Assembly: GCA_951406725.2 (NCBI GenBank)
Contig: OX597829.1
Location: 55,614,001 to 55,678,000 of the forward strand
Length of the DNA stretch: 64,000 nt
Reading direction: 5' to 3'
Source: Octopus vulgaris
Taxonomy: Eukaryota
The notes below the pieces were generated by a model. The model did not search any database and was not told the origin of the DNA. It was given only the letters and a program-made list of their open reading frames with translations. The position numbers and the translations under genes are program-made. Below are positions 52,514 through 64,000 of the stretch, in pieces; within the stretch, counting starts at the first letter, position 1; each line of letters begins with the position of its first letter.

Positions 52514-53701
52514 GCACGCACACATGTACACACACACACACACACACACATACACGCGCGCAATACGCAAGATTGCACCAAAAAGTAGTAAGGTTTGAAA
52601 TATATACAAAATAATAATTACTTTTGATACTGCAATCTTGTCTTAATAATTGGTTATTCTTGAAATTGATCGAATGCAGTGATGACATTAATATACTCTG
52701 TGGATTTCCTGGGCATTGTCTGGAATTCGGAACGGGTCAACGAGTGATTGTCGTCAACAACTTTCTCCTGAATCTTTATTTTCTTTTCTCATTTTGCATG
52801 CAATTTATTTTTTCTCATTATAAATCTATTCAGAAACACCATATTTGAAGGTGTGAAAGATATTGAATTTTAATAGCGTTGAAAATAACCCTCAATAGAG
52901 ATAGATAGTCTGCGAATGGTGTGCGAGACGGTGGCAGGAACGGTGGAATAGCGCAAGAAACAGAGAAATTACAATGAGTTTTGATAAAAAGCAGAGAAAG
53001 TATGAAGTTCTGCAAGCTGGAAACTAATTACAGGTACAAATGGACTACTAACAGACTTTTATTTTCAGTTGCAGTGATTTCAAAGGAAAGCATAAGTATT
53101 AGATTAGTATAAAAGAGTACGAAATAACATCGCTATAAGATGAAATGTATAAACATCAGTCTGGTGTTTGATTATGTAATCATTAATTAATCTTAAATGT
53201 TCTTACTAATGAAACCATTTTGGATATGGCAAAATACAGTTAATGAATATACTAAAGAGCAGTGTTCGATGTTTGATGAGCGAACGAAATCCGGCTTATG
53301 TCCTTAGCTGAGCCTATAATCACAAGTTTTCTAGTTATAGCAATCGCACCGTTTATACACAAATATCTTGAACTACATTATCCAATTCCTGTTTTTTCTT
53401 CTTAAGACAGCAAGGTGTGATTTGAGGGAAATTTAGTTGCTATTTTTGCAAATCGTAGAAGCTCGTATGCTGGCTGTTTAATTTAGTTGTTGTTTTTGTT
53501 ATGTAGGTCCAAGTCAGTCGTGAATTGAATTGCATGCAAGTAGAAGATGGAATAATAAAACATGTTCCACAGATCTTTAGCTCCGGATCATTTCGATCTA
53601 GTTGAGCGCCATACCGCATATTCTGACCTGCAGTAGTTAATCATATGCTGTGCAGTGCCACAATCTGGAAATTGGACACTGGAAATATGTTTGCTTTCAT
53701 A

Positions 53702-54111
53702 TACTCTTACTCTTTTACTCTTTTACTTGTTTCAGTCATTTGACTGCGGCCATGCTGGAGCACCGCCTTTAGTCGAGCAAATCGACCCCGGCACTTATTC
53801 TTTGTAAGCCCAGTACTTATTCTATCGGTCTCTTTTGCCGAACCGCTAAGTTACGGGGACGTAAACACACCAGCATCGGTTGTCAAGCAATGCTAGGGGG
53901 ACAAACACAGACACACAAACACAGACACACACACTTATATATATATACATATATACGACAGGCTTCTTTCAGTTTCCGTCTATCAAATCCACTCACAAGG
54001 CATTGGTCGGCCCGGGGCTATAGCGGAAGACACTTGCCCAAGATGCCACGCAGTGGGACGGGACCCGGTACCATGTGGTTGGTAAGCAAGCTACTTACCA
54101 CACAGCCACTC
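53702..54111 (-). mobile_element. SINE S1, near full length
   Basis: High identity to 60289-60708; (TAAAAGAG)n tail. Confidence 0.9.
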
Positions 54112-54875
54112 TAAGCTGATTTCAGTTCGAGTACAACATCAGCCACTTTTGTTTTACACTTGTTATTACAGTTAATGAAGCTGTTGGTGATGTTCCTCTT
54201 ACCGTGTCAATGCGTTTCTTTCTTTCTTTGTTTTGGACTGAGTGATGCAAATAGAGCTCATAATTCTGTGGGAATTGTAAATATGTGAATTTGTTTGGAG
54301 ACGGTTGTTGTTGATATTGGTATGAATTCCATTTCAGCGATGATCAAACAGTCCTATGCTATGCAGCTAAACAACTGAGTGATGCAGTGCGATCCACCGG
54401 CAGATGGTTGAAATGACACCATCAAAACTAAGGATAAAATTCCATCTCGAAGACCATTCATTATAGGAAATCGTTTAAATTCTAATTCCATAGAAAAGTG
54501 ATCCATTTGCGATAGCCGAGATCACGCGACTTGTTAATGAATCCGGGCGAAACAAGCCCTGGACACCGTGATGGATGATACGTCGGTGATTACCGAGTGA
54601 CATGCTGAGAAATCGATCCGGTTATTGGAGAGGGAATCATACCCCCACCACCTGAATTTCTTCGTCGCTCATCAAGCGTCTCAAAAACGTAAAGATTAAA
54701 TCCTTGAAGCACCGATGAAGGCTGTGAAATCATTGTTAAAACTTCCGGTTCAGATGCTGCATGGTATAATTTGGTTGAAGGCTGGCAAGCAAGCAATTAA
54801 TCAGTTATAGCTTTAATTAAAACGGTTATAGCTTTAATTAAGCTATACAATAAAGATTAACAGAGACCCAGAATG

Positions 54876-55663
54876 TGTTAGTGAAGGATTTATTTAGTTG
54901 AACCGATGTGGGCGACAGCCGCCAGTTAACTTCTGCTTCGTAGAAGCCTGCTTAACCGGAAGTCAACTTTGCCGCAGACCAGCTTCCTAGCTAGCCTGCA
55001 GCAAAGTTCCTGTCTACAGTTCGTCTGTTATAAATCTTGGGGCAGTGTCCTACATATAGCTCCCCACCAGAACTGTTGACTGTCATTGGAACCGGGAAGG
55101 CGTTATAACTGCCCTGCCCGTGCGTGTGGTTACTCGGCTCTTCGGTGACTGTTCCTTGCCAAGGAAACTGTGACTTGTCCGCCAATTAGGAGTTGGAGTG
55201 ATTTGTCTCCCGGACATGTGACTTCATATGGGCCATCGTAGTGTGACTGGAGGGATTTTCGCCGTGTGTCACATCGAACGAACACGACGTTAGCCGTGCG
55301 GTGATATTTCGTACGGATGGTCTAGGTGTGTCATGTGTTGACATGGGAATAGAGCGCAACTGGCCCACACTGTCTTTCAGTTGTGCAAGATATCTTTTGA
55401 CATCTGGGTCTGACTTCGCGTTCGGAAGGAACTCTCCTGACACTGTAAAAGGGGCACCATACACCATCCCTTCTGCAGTAAGAGTGAGGAGACTTCTATA
55501 CAAGGCACTGTCAAAATATAGTTATAAAAGACAGGTGGAATGGGATAGTGCAATGACCTCAGCCTTCAAATCCACAAAACAGGCCCTGACCAAAGCAACC
55601 ATGCCCACAGCGAACTTCCCGTCTAGAATTCGTCTGTCATAAATCCTTGGGTAGGGCCCTACA
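54876..55663 (-). mobile_element. Gypsy LTR retrotransposon remnant (3' LTR, PPT, integrase C-terminus, inverted RT-RH piece, partial 5' LTR)
   Basis: LTR 54876-55054 reads TGTAG...CTAACA on minus, preceded by PPT GGTGGGGAG; second LTR start at 55607-55663; MVYGAPFTVSGEF and FVRCD...YDGPYEV motifs. Confidence 0.7.
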
Positions 55664-55856
55664 CAATCTTTATAATTGTGTTTTGTATACTGAAAGTAAA
55701 TGTTTTCGATTAATAAAATGACATGACATTCGGAAACTATTTCTAATTATAACACTTCTTATCATGTCTTCGTTAGGTGTTCAGCTGCGATTAAGTTTAA
55801 TCTTCTAGCAGACTTAGTGTTCCTCATCTATTCGATCCATTATATATATATATATA

Positions 55857-56358
55857 CCGTAAATCCTCGAGTATAGTCCGCCCTTGAGTATAATACGCAG
55901 GTGATTTTTAGAGGGCTGTACCTCTGAAAAACCTAAACCTTGTGTATAATACGCACCTCTTCTCTAACTTGAGTCAAGGAGGTCTATATAACGTCCTTGG
56001 TTTGTAAAAATGTATACGGTAACGTCCTTTATTATTATTGTACATATAACATAATGCAAACGGGCAGCTTTTTTGTGCATTTTGTTTGCAAAAAATAAAG
56101 AAATAACAGTAGTTAATAAATGTTGCTTACTGCAAGTAATGAATGATTCATTTATGATTTCATTGCTTTCTGGCTTAGCTTAAGGTATTTTCGCGTCTGA
56201 CATCACAAAATGCGTCTAAACATTGTCGGACAGGAAATAGAGACTCAGATATTGCTCAGAAAATAATTTTCATTTTTAACCTTGTATATAGTACGCACTA
56301 GGGATTTTGACCTTTAAATTTTGGAGAAAATATGCGGATTATACTCGAGGATATACGG
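55857..56358. mobile_element. pogo/Tc2-like MITE
   Basis: TA|CCGTAAATCCTCGAGTATAGTCCGC ... GCGGATTATACTCGAGGATATACGG|TA; subterminal CTTG-GTATAATACGCA repeats. Confidence 0.88.
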
Positions 56359-56460
56359 TATATATATATATATATATATAACAATTGCAGCGTGGAAGGT
56401 GTTTATAAGCCATTTAAGAAACACAAAAACCGTTAGATTCACTTCAACATTTAAATTTAA

Positions 56461-56511
56461 TTTGTCAAAATATTTTCGTCGCTTTCAGACCGCGACCTCT
56501 TCACTGACAAA
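56461..56511 (-). ncRNA. hammerhead family A (G3/G8 form), inverted copy
   Basis: rc TTTGTCA-GTGAAGA-G-GTCGC-GGTCTGAAA-GCGAC-GAA-AATATT-T-TGACAAA. Confidence 0.6.
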
Positions 56512-57016
56512 ACTTCGTGCTGCATCTGAGAAAGTAACAGTTAGTTCATGATATATATGTACGTATGTATGTGTGTGTGTATGTATGTGTGTATGTATGT
56601 ATGTATGTATGTATGTATGTATGTATGTATGTATGTATGTATGTATGTATGTATGTATGTATGCATGTATGTGTATATTTATGTATATATGTATGTATGT
56701 GCGTACGTATGTATGTGCGCATGCATGTGTGCATGCCTATACGCATGTATGTACGTGTGTATACGTATGTATGTGAGTATTTAGGAGAGTGTGTAGACGT
56801 GTCTGTGTGTGTGTACATGTGTATGTACATGTGAACGTATGTTTATGTACTGACATGTGTCAATTCAAGTTCTATACATGACTGTTACCTTCTTGAAGGT
56901 TGTATATATACACACATATACATTTATATAGGCACACACACACACACACATATATATACATATGTATGTGTGTGTGTGCGTCTATGTGTGTGCGTGTGTG
57001 CGTGTGTGTATGTGCG

Positions 57017-57055
<39 letters not shown>

Positions 57056-57237
57056 TTGTCTCTCTCACCATCGTCTGACGGTGAATGGATACAACGTCTT
57101 AGATACATATATGCACATATAACCTTATACATATATACATATACACACAATCATACAGACACACATACTCATAAATATACGTATAATCTTAAAGTATACA
57201 CACATATACGCTCATCCATCTCTACATACATATATAC

Positions 57238-57303
<66 letters not shown>

Positions 57304-59109
57304 ATTTATTTATACATACATACATACACATACAAATAAATATATATATATATACATACATATGACACACTTTTCAAGGACAACGGTTAAAACGAAAGGC
57401 GGTGCTATTGGAGTAGGGATCGCCGGCGATGTTGCAAACCTCTTCGTGGTATGGTGGGACAGACAGTTTAAACAGTGCCTAGCGACCCGTAAGATCCACT
57501 TAGTTATCTACTCTCGATACGTTGACGACATTAACCTTGTCGTGAAATGTAATAATAATACAGACACAGAGATAGACTCTCTACTAAATGAAGAACAGGT
57601 GATGACAGCTATACAACACATAGCTGACTCTATTCATAGCAGTATAAATGTTACTGTAGACTAACCCTCTAAACACCCCAGTAATAGATTACCTGTCCTA
57701 GATACTGAGCTGTGGATAGAAACTTCTATGGTTAACGGAACTGTTAAACCCTGTATACTCCACTCACACTATTGTAAACCTATGGCTAATCCACTGGTAA
57801 TCCGTAGTGACTCAGCGATGTCGAGCACTACCAAGCTCAACATCCTGGTGGCAGACTTAGAGTAATGAGGAATGTATCCCCACTATGCCAACCACAAGAA
57901 CGACAACAACACATCCAGCACTTCATATTCCGAATGCAACGCTCAGGATACACACAATATTACAGAATCAGAGTGTACAAAGGAGCGAAGACAGGATTCG
58001 AACGCATTCTAAGTGATGACGAAAACGGTATATGCCCCCTATACCGCAACAAGTTCTGGAATAGGTTAGAGAGAGACACCAACAAAAGAAATAAAACCAA
58101 TACTTGGTATGATAACAAGAAATTTCACTGTGTAATGTTTATTGACGCCACCCCCCACACCTAAGAACGAATTATGTGAGGCATTCAAGAAAATCCTGCA
58201 CACAACTGGCCTTAAGATCAAGGTTGTAGAAAAGACAGGTAGGACTATCAAATCTGTATTATGTAGGTCATATCCACTTGATAGATTCACGTGTCAAAAT
58301 AATTGTGCAGTATGTTCTACAAACCCACATGTGAACTGCAAAACCAAGAGCACTGTATACCAAATTAAGTACCAAGAAAGAGCTTGCGCGACTAACCCAG
58401 AGTCATACATCAGTGAGACTTCTAGGAGTATCAATGATAGGTTCAAAGAACACCTGGACAACTACATTGAAAAGAAACCAAACTCCATCTTCTATCAGCA
58501 TGCTGTAGACTGCCACAAGGGCTCCTTAGGGAGACTTGAGTTAAACATCTTATCCACACATCTCACTGATGCAATGCTGAGACAGGTCGCTGAAGCTGTC
58601 TGTATACAAGAATACAAACCCACTCTCAACCGAAAATCCGAAAAGGGTAACATCCAGATTCCACTCAGGAGTACCATTCTATAGCCACCCCGCTCTCTCT
58701 CATTTACATGTAGTAATCCATGCATACATGTTGAAATGCATGGTACTAAAATACATATATGCAGTTATATATAACCATACCAGCGTACATTGTTTCATAC
58801 GTATGTACGTATGTATAAATGTATATGTGTGTTGTGTGTATGTTAGTGTATAAGTATGTACATGCATGCACATATGAATATGTGTAAATATATATATGTA
58901 TTATATATGTATGCATGTAAAAAAAATTAAAAAAATAATAAATAGAATAAAATAAGGCAAGTTTGAATTTTAACCGTTGTCCTTGAAAAAGGTGTCATAT
59001 GTATGTATATATATATATATGTTTTATTTCTATTCCTGAGCGCCATACTAATACAATTGTTTGTACTCCACCTGCCTTCGTCTTTTGTTTATTTTCGTAA
59101 ACCTTCCCG

Positions 59110-59167
<58 letters not shown>

Positions 59168-59689
59168 GTATATGTATGTAAAAATGGATGAGGGTATAAT
59201 GTGTATATATTTTTAGATTATACGTATATTTGTATGTTTAAGTGTCTGTATGATTGTGTGTATATGTATATATGTATAAGGTTATATGTGCACATATGTA
59301 TCTAAGACGTTGTATCCATTCACCGTCAGACGGTGGTGAGAGGGACAAACGCACACACACATACGCACATACACACACGCACATACGTACATACATACGT
59401 ATAGGTATGCACACATGCATGCGCACATACATGTACACACATACATACGCACATACATACATACATACATACATACATACATACATACATACATACATAC
59501 ATACATACATACATACATACATACATACATACATACATACATACATACATACATACATACATACATACATACATACATACATACATACATACATACATAC
59601 ATACACACATGTATACACACACACACACATACATACGTACATACATATATCATGAACTAACTGTTACTTTCTCAGATGCAGCACGAAGT

Positions 59690-59740
59690 TTTGTCAGTGA
59701 AGAGGTCGCGGTCTGAAAGCGACGAAAATATTTTAACAAA
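59690..59740 (+). ncRNA. hammerhead family A (G3/G8 form)
   Basis: Same motif with one stem I substitution (TAACAAA). Confidence 0.55.
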
Positions 59741-59896
59741 TTAAATTTAAATGTTGAAGTGAGTCTAACGGTTTTTGTGTGTTTCTTAAATGGCTTATAA
59801 ACACCTTCCACGCTGCAATTGATTTCGTTTCAGCACACGATTTCAGATCAGGTCACTTGCTATGCAAGTACAATCTCCGTAAATATATATATATAT

Positions 59897-60234
59897 AGTT
59901 AGCGATTATAATAACCGACTAAGTGATAAGATATCCGTATGTAATATGGGTATCCGTTACCCGTGTTATCGAGGGGCATTGTGCAGGTAACAACAGGATA
60001 AAGAAGAGTTTATCAGACAATAAATACAAATAATCAGTAAATGAAGAAAACCTCAGACTAACAAACACATCGATTGGAACACATTTATAGCTTATTTATG
60101 AATATAAAGCATGACATAAAAAACACAGGTGACGCCATCTATTTGTTGTGTCAGGCTTTGTATTAAAAAATAAGCTTTTAATGTGGTCCAATCGATGTGT
60201 TTGTTAATCTGAGGTTTTCTCCGTTTTCTGATTA
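59897..60234. repeat. older lop-sided hairpin in (TA)n
   Basis: Imperfect ~86-bp arms 60031-60116 and 60149-60234; ~130 nt tail on the left. Confidence 0.8.
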
Positions 60235-60288
60235 TATATATATATAGATATAGATATATAAATATATATATATATATATATACATATA

Positions 60289-60708
60289 TACTCTTACTCT
60301 CTTTTTACTCTTTTACTTGTTTCAGTCGTTTGACTGCGGCCATGCTGGAGCACCGCCTTTAATCGAGCAACTCGACCCCGGAACTTATTCTTTTTGTAAG
60401 CCCAGTACTTATTCTATCGGTCTCTTTTGCCGAACCGCTAAGTAACGGGGACATAAACACACCAGCATCGGTTGTCAAGCAATGCTAGGGGGACAAACAC
60501 AGACACACAAACAAACACACATGCATATATATATACATATATACGACAGGCTTCTTCCAGTTTCTGTCTACCAAATCCACTCACAAGGCATTGGTCGGCC
60601 CGGGGCTATAGCAGAAGACACTTGCCCAAGATGCCACGCAGTGGGACTGAACCCGGTACCATGTGGTTGGTTAGCAAGCTACTTACCACACAGCCACTCC
60701 TGCGCCTA
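60289..60708 (-). mobile_element. SINE S1, full length, in (TA)n
   Basis: Head rc AGGCGCAGGAGTGGCTGTGTGGTAAG; homologous to 53702-54111. Confidence 0.9.
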
Positions 60709-63364
60709 TATATATATAATATACACGCACTCACATATACTTATATGCAGCCATTGATAAAATCAAATATATCTTCTACTGCCTTCACTTGCTATTATCT
60801 TTAAATATTTCAGAGGTAACTAAATTTCACTCAAATCTTTAACTGTCTGAGTTAATAGAATACCAAGTTCCAACCGGCTGAATCAAGGGATAGGCTCTGC
60901 GTTCTTTCCGTGCCCATTGCACTTAATTTTTAGCTGAATCATAACACCTAACTATGAATATTTATACAATGATCATCACTTGTATAATCATTGCATTTCA
61001 TTAGCCTGTAATTTTGATTTATATCCGATAAACTACTAAAAATTCAATATTAAACAATAAATTCCAATTGTTCACATTTAATTTGCAGTTGAACATGGTA
61101 TAGGGTTTTGATTCACACTTCTTGCGAAGAAGTCGGTATAATAACATTCTATGTTTCATTAACCACTAATGATTCCACGGCAACAGCAATTTTGAACTTT
61201 TTAAAATCTAATATATCAACCTTTGTTACTGGAGAGGAATAAATATATTGTACTTATTTTGTAGATTAATAGTAAATTAAAATCTTGAGCAAATTATGTG
61301 ATGGATGTATATGATCACACGAAAAACAAGAGTATTATTTCATTAGGATGGAAATTTTATAAAAATGATATGAACTGAAAATAATTGTACAAAATGCTGG
61401 CTCATTTGGGGATTTGCTTTGTGAAAATATATTGATGGCGACTAATATGTTTTAGTTAACGAAGCAAATCAAAAGGTCTTTAGAGAATAATTCTGCTAAT
61501 AGAGTTCGCTGCTTTCAAGTGAAGTAAAAGTATATTGATCAATTACCAGCAACAACAGAATAAATGTTCATTATTTATTTTACACTTTGAACACACGTTT
61601 ACATTGTTAAAAAAAAACCGCGCACACGGAATGAAAATAAAACATTACTCTGCTTCATAAAGAAGGTATATGCTACGAGCACAATTCTTTTAAACATTGG
61701 ATTTAGTACATAAAACAGCACTGAGCCAGCGATCAATATTTCGCTGTGAAGTAGATCTTGTGAATCAGAATACATACGAACGTATTGAAGACGTGGAAAT
61801 ATTAAGAAAATAAAAGTATATTGTTATGTCTAGATCAGAGATTCTTATCCAGGAGAATCCATACCGTCTGGCGTAAGGGGACACAAAACAAGGGTTTAGG
61901 AAACACCCCAACAAATATTTATGATTCTCTTTATAATCCATAAAGAAAATAAAACTAATCTATTAATATTTTGCAGTCATATTGGCAACTACTTGGACGG
62001 GTGATGATGTTGGTTTTGGTAGTATAGCAAAGATGGTATAGGGACACATTGGTTAAACCTTGATGGATGGAGGATGGTATCGTAAAATGATTAATAACGT
62101 CTAGTTAAGAGAGTTCTCAAGCGTTATATCATTCGATAAAATAGTTTGTAAAAGTACTGGATGAATAACACTTGTTTATAGACAATACCGTGTCAATCGG
62201 AACTGAAATAAATTTAAATATCTAAAAGCCTTATTGTGGGTTAAATGTGAATGTAAGCATATTCATTTTCTATACAACGGATACGCAGAAACAAAATACG
62301 TAGGGAGACTCCTGATAAACCGTTAAGGGATCGTGTAATATTCAAATATATTATTGTTATTCTCATTTATACTATGTTATGGTAAATGAGTAACATTTAA
62401 CTTATGACGAACCGTCAAACGCACAAATATAAAAATTAGGCAATTCATACGGTATTAGTCTAATTTATGACTACTGTATAAGCAGGTGGTCTCTGCTATT
62501 GGTTTGGGAAGGAAACCAATGACTTTTCTCATAGGAATAGTTAAAAAACCGTGAGATGGTCCGTTAGGGGCCACCCACCCTCTTTTCTCCGCGCATCAGC
62601 AGTATAAAAAGTGTTTATATTTTTAGTTAATTCACAGTTCGGCTTTACAATATTTAGATTTATTTCAGTTCTTTTGTATGAATAAACTATTTCAACTCAA
62701 ACGTTTCAGAAACAGTTATTTTATTGGTACACACTTGTTAATGTTGTTGCTGCTGTTGTTACTGTTTAACCCTGATATAATGCTTATCTAATCAAAAACA
62801 TTCTAGCATTCTCATAATCAAACCTTTGTTTAGTAAAGTGAATAAGTCACACACGAAGAAATGCTCCAGCAATCACTTTTGATCAGTTAAAATCACAAAT
62901 GTAAAAGGAACAAAAGTCATAAGCACAAACAAGAATTGTTAAGGAAGACAAGGGAGAGAACTCGGAACTTTATACTGATTAACAAGTAGGAAGTGAAATG
63001 AACTTGATCCATGAAAATACCTTGATAACTCCGGGCATGTTTTAGTCTTACAGCGAAATATAATCTAGCACATGTTTACTAGATCTCAAAACGATTCTGA
63101 GAGCCTTTTGTGACGAAATAATTAAATAATTACTTTTAAATAATGACATTAGTTCAATAAGAAAGATAGTCCGTCGCTGAACATTAACCCAGTTAGATCG
63201 GCAGAATTATTAGGGCGCCCAAAGAGTGCTTGTAGTGTTTAGCTATGAGCATTTACAATTTAAATTCAAATAACATCGAATACAACTTTATTTTTCATTC
63301 TTCCGGAGTAATATATATATAAAACGTAAAATATATATCAATTATAGGGATATATATATATATG

Positions 63365-63720
63365 TGGATTAATGAATTATCCTTTGTTTACAGTTAACAT
63401 GGAAAATACAATAAACAGTTACCAGGGTAGCAAAATTCACACAAGTAACAAGGATGCAGCGACCTATTCAAAGGTAGAAACTCCGGGTTAATGTGCAGTA
63501 ATTTGTATAGTATAAGTAAATAAATGGAGTTGAACGCAGATGTTATTCAAATTCTTTTACTTTCGACATATGTTTCGAAGACAACATTAGTTTTATTCCA
63601 AAGGAATAAACGGTGTAAAATAATGTAATCTTTTCATCAGGAAAAAAAGAAAACCTATCTCAACAAGACATTATAACAATTTCGACGACTACCTTTAGTT
63701 CCTATGAGTGATTTCTACCA
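63365..63720 (-). mobile_element. Penelope family B-related pLTR
   Basis: GGGTAGCAAAATTCAC and AATGGAGTTGAACG match rc 27955-27969 and 28157-28170; adjacent to a TA run. Confidence 0.65.
63561..63644 (-). ncRNA. type I hammerhead ribozyme, family B-related
   Basis: rc TTTC-CTGATGA-AAAGA...TCTTC-GAA-ACATATGT-C-GAAA; internal TTTATTCC/GGAATAAA hairpin. Confidence 0.75.
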
Positions 63721-64000
63721 TTCTATAAAATTCGACTTCTGTTTTCTTACATTGCACTTCTACTAAATATACTTACTTCCATGCCTTTAAGCTTTATTCC
63801 TATTCACCTATCACTCTATATCTCTCCACTATTATTTTTCTACTAATTTCTTTCTTTCTCCTCCATCTCTTTCTATAAAATACCTTTGATGTTATATCTA
63901 CTAACGGTTAAAAAAAACTCGATAGCAGCGTTCCCTTCATCATATACGCAGTCATCACTTTCTGTTAAAACGTCTTACTGATGTGTTTGGTTTCTTTCTT

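Larger units (their letters stand above)
56381..59883 (+). mobile_element. Penelope family A copy with a long inverted 5' pLTR; degenerate RT-GIY-YIG at 57388-58684
   Basis: [19 protein letters not shown]...YSRYVDDI...YISETSRSINDRFKEH with stops and frameshifts; 56381-57240 is the reverse complement of 59163-59821. Confidence 0.9.

Noticed and set aside
54590-54796. 68-aa minus-strand ORF in unique sequence (similar cases at 9475-9753 and 38163-38429)
   Set aside because: Short, no recognisable motif and no convincing splice-site pair

Overview
AT-rich, microsatellite-saturated eukaryotic (metazoan) DNA. The SINE/LINE repertoire looks like an octopus (coleoid cephalopod) intronic or intergenic region; this is an inference from repeat families. 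I can find no confident host gene, and most ORFs in the track are translations of (TA)n, (CA)n, (TACA)n and (TAA)n. The real coding remnants are all transposon-derived: several Penelope-like elements (RT and GIY-YIG), an RTE LINE, a CR1/L2-like LINE, three R4/Dong-like fragments, Helitrons, mariner and maT transposases, and a Gypsy remnant. There are also hAT, piggyBac and pogo-like MITEs and many tRNA-derived SINEs. The main unexplained structure is a Penelope-linked system. About 16 type-I hammerhead ribozyme motifs from at least 5 sequence families are present, all with palindromic (dimer-type) stem III and several with non-canonical cores, including an apparent G3:C8 swap of the C3:G8 tertiary pair. 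They sit in lop-sided palindromes inserted in (TA)n tracts, and one lies at the centre of a ~6 kb inverted duplication (24262-30277). A full-length U6 copy is fused to a retroposon 3' tail. All alignments and folds were done by eye, so boundaries are approximate.
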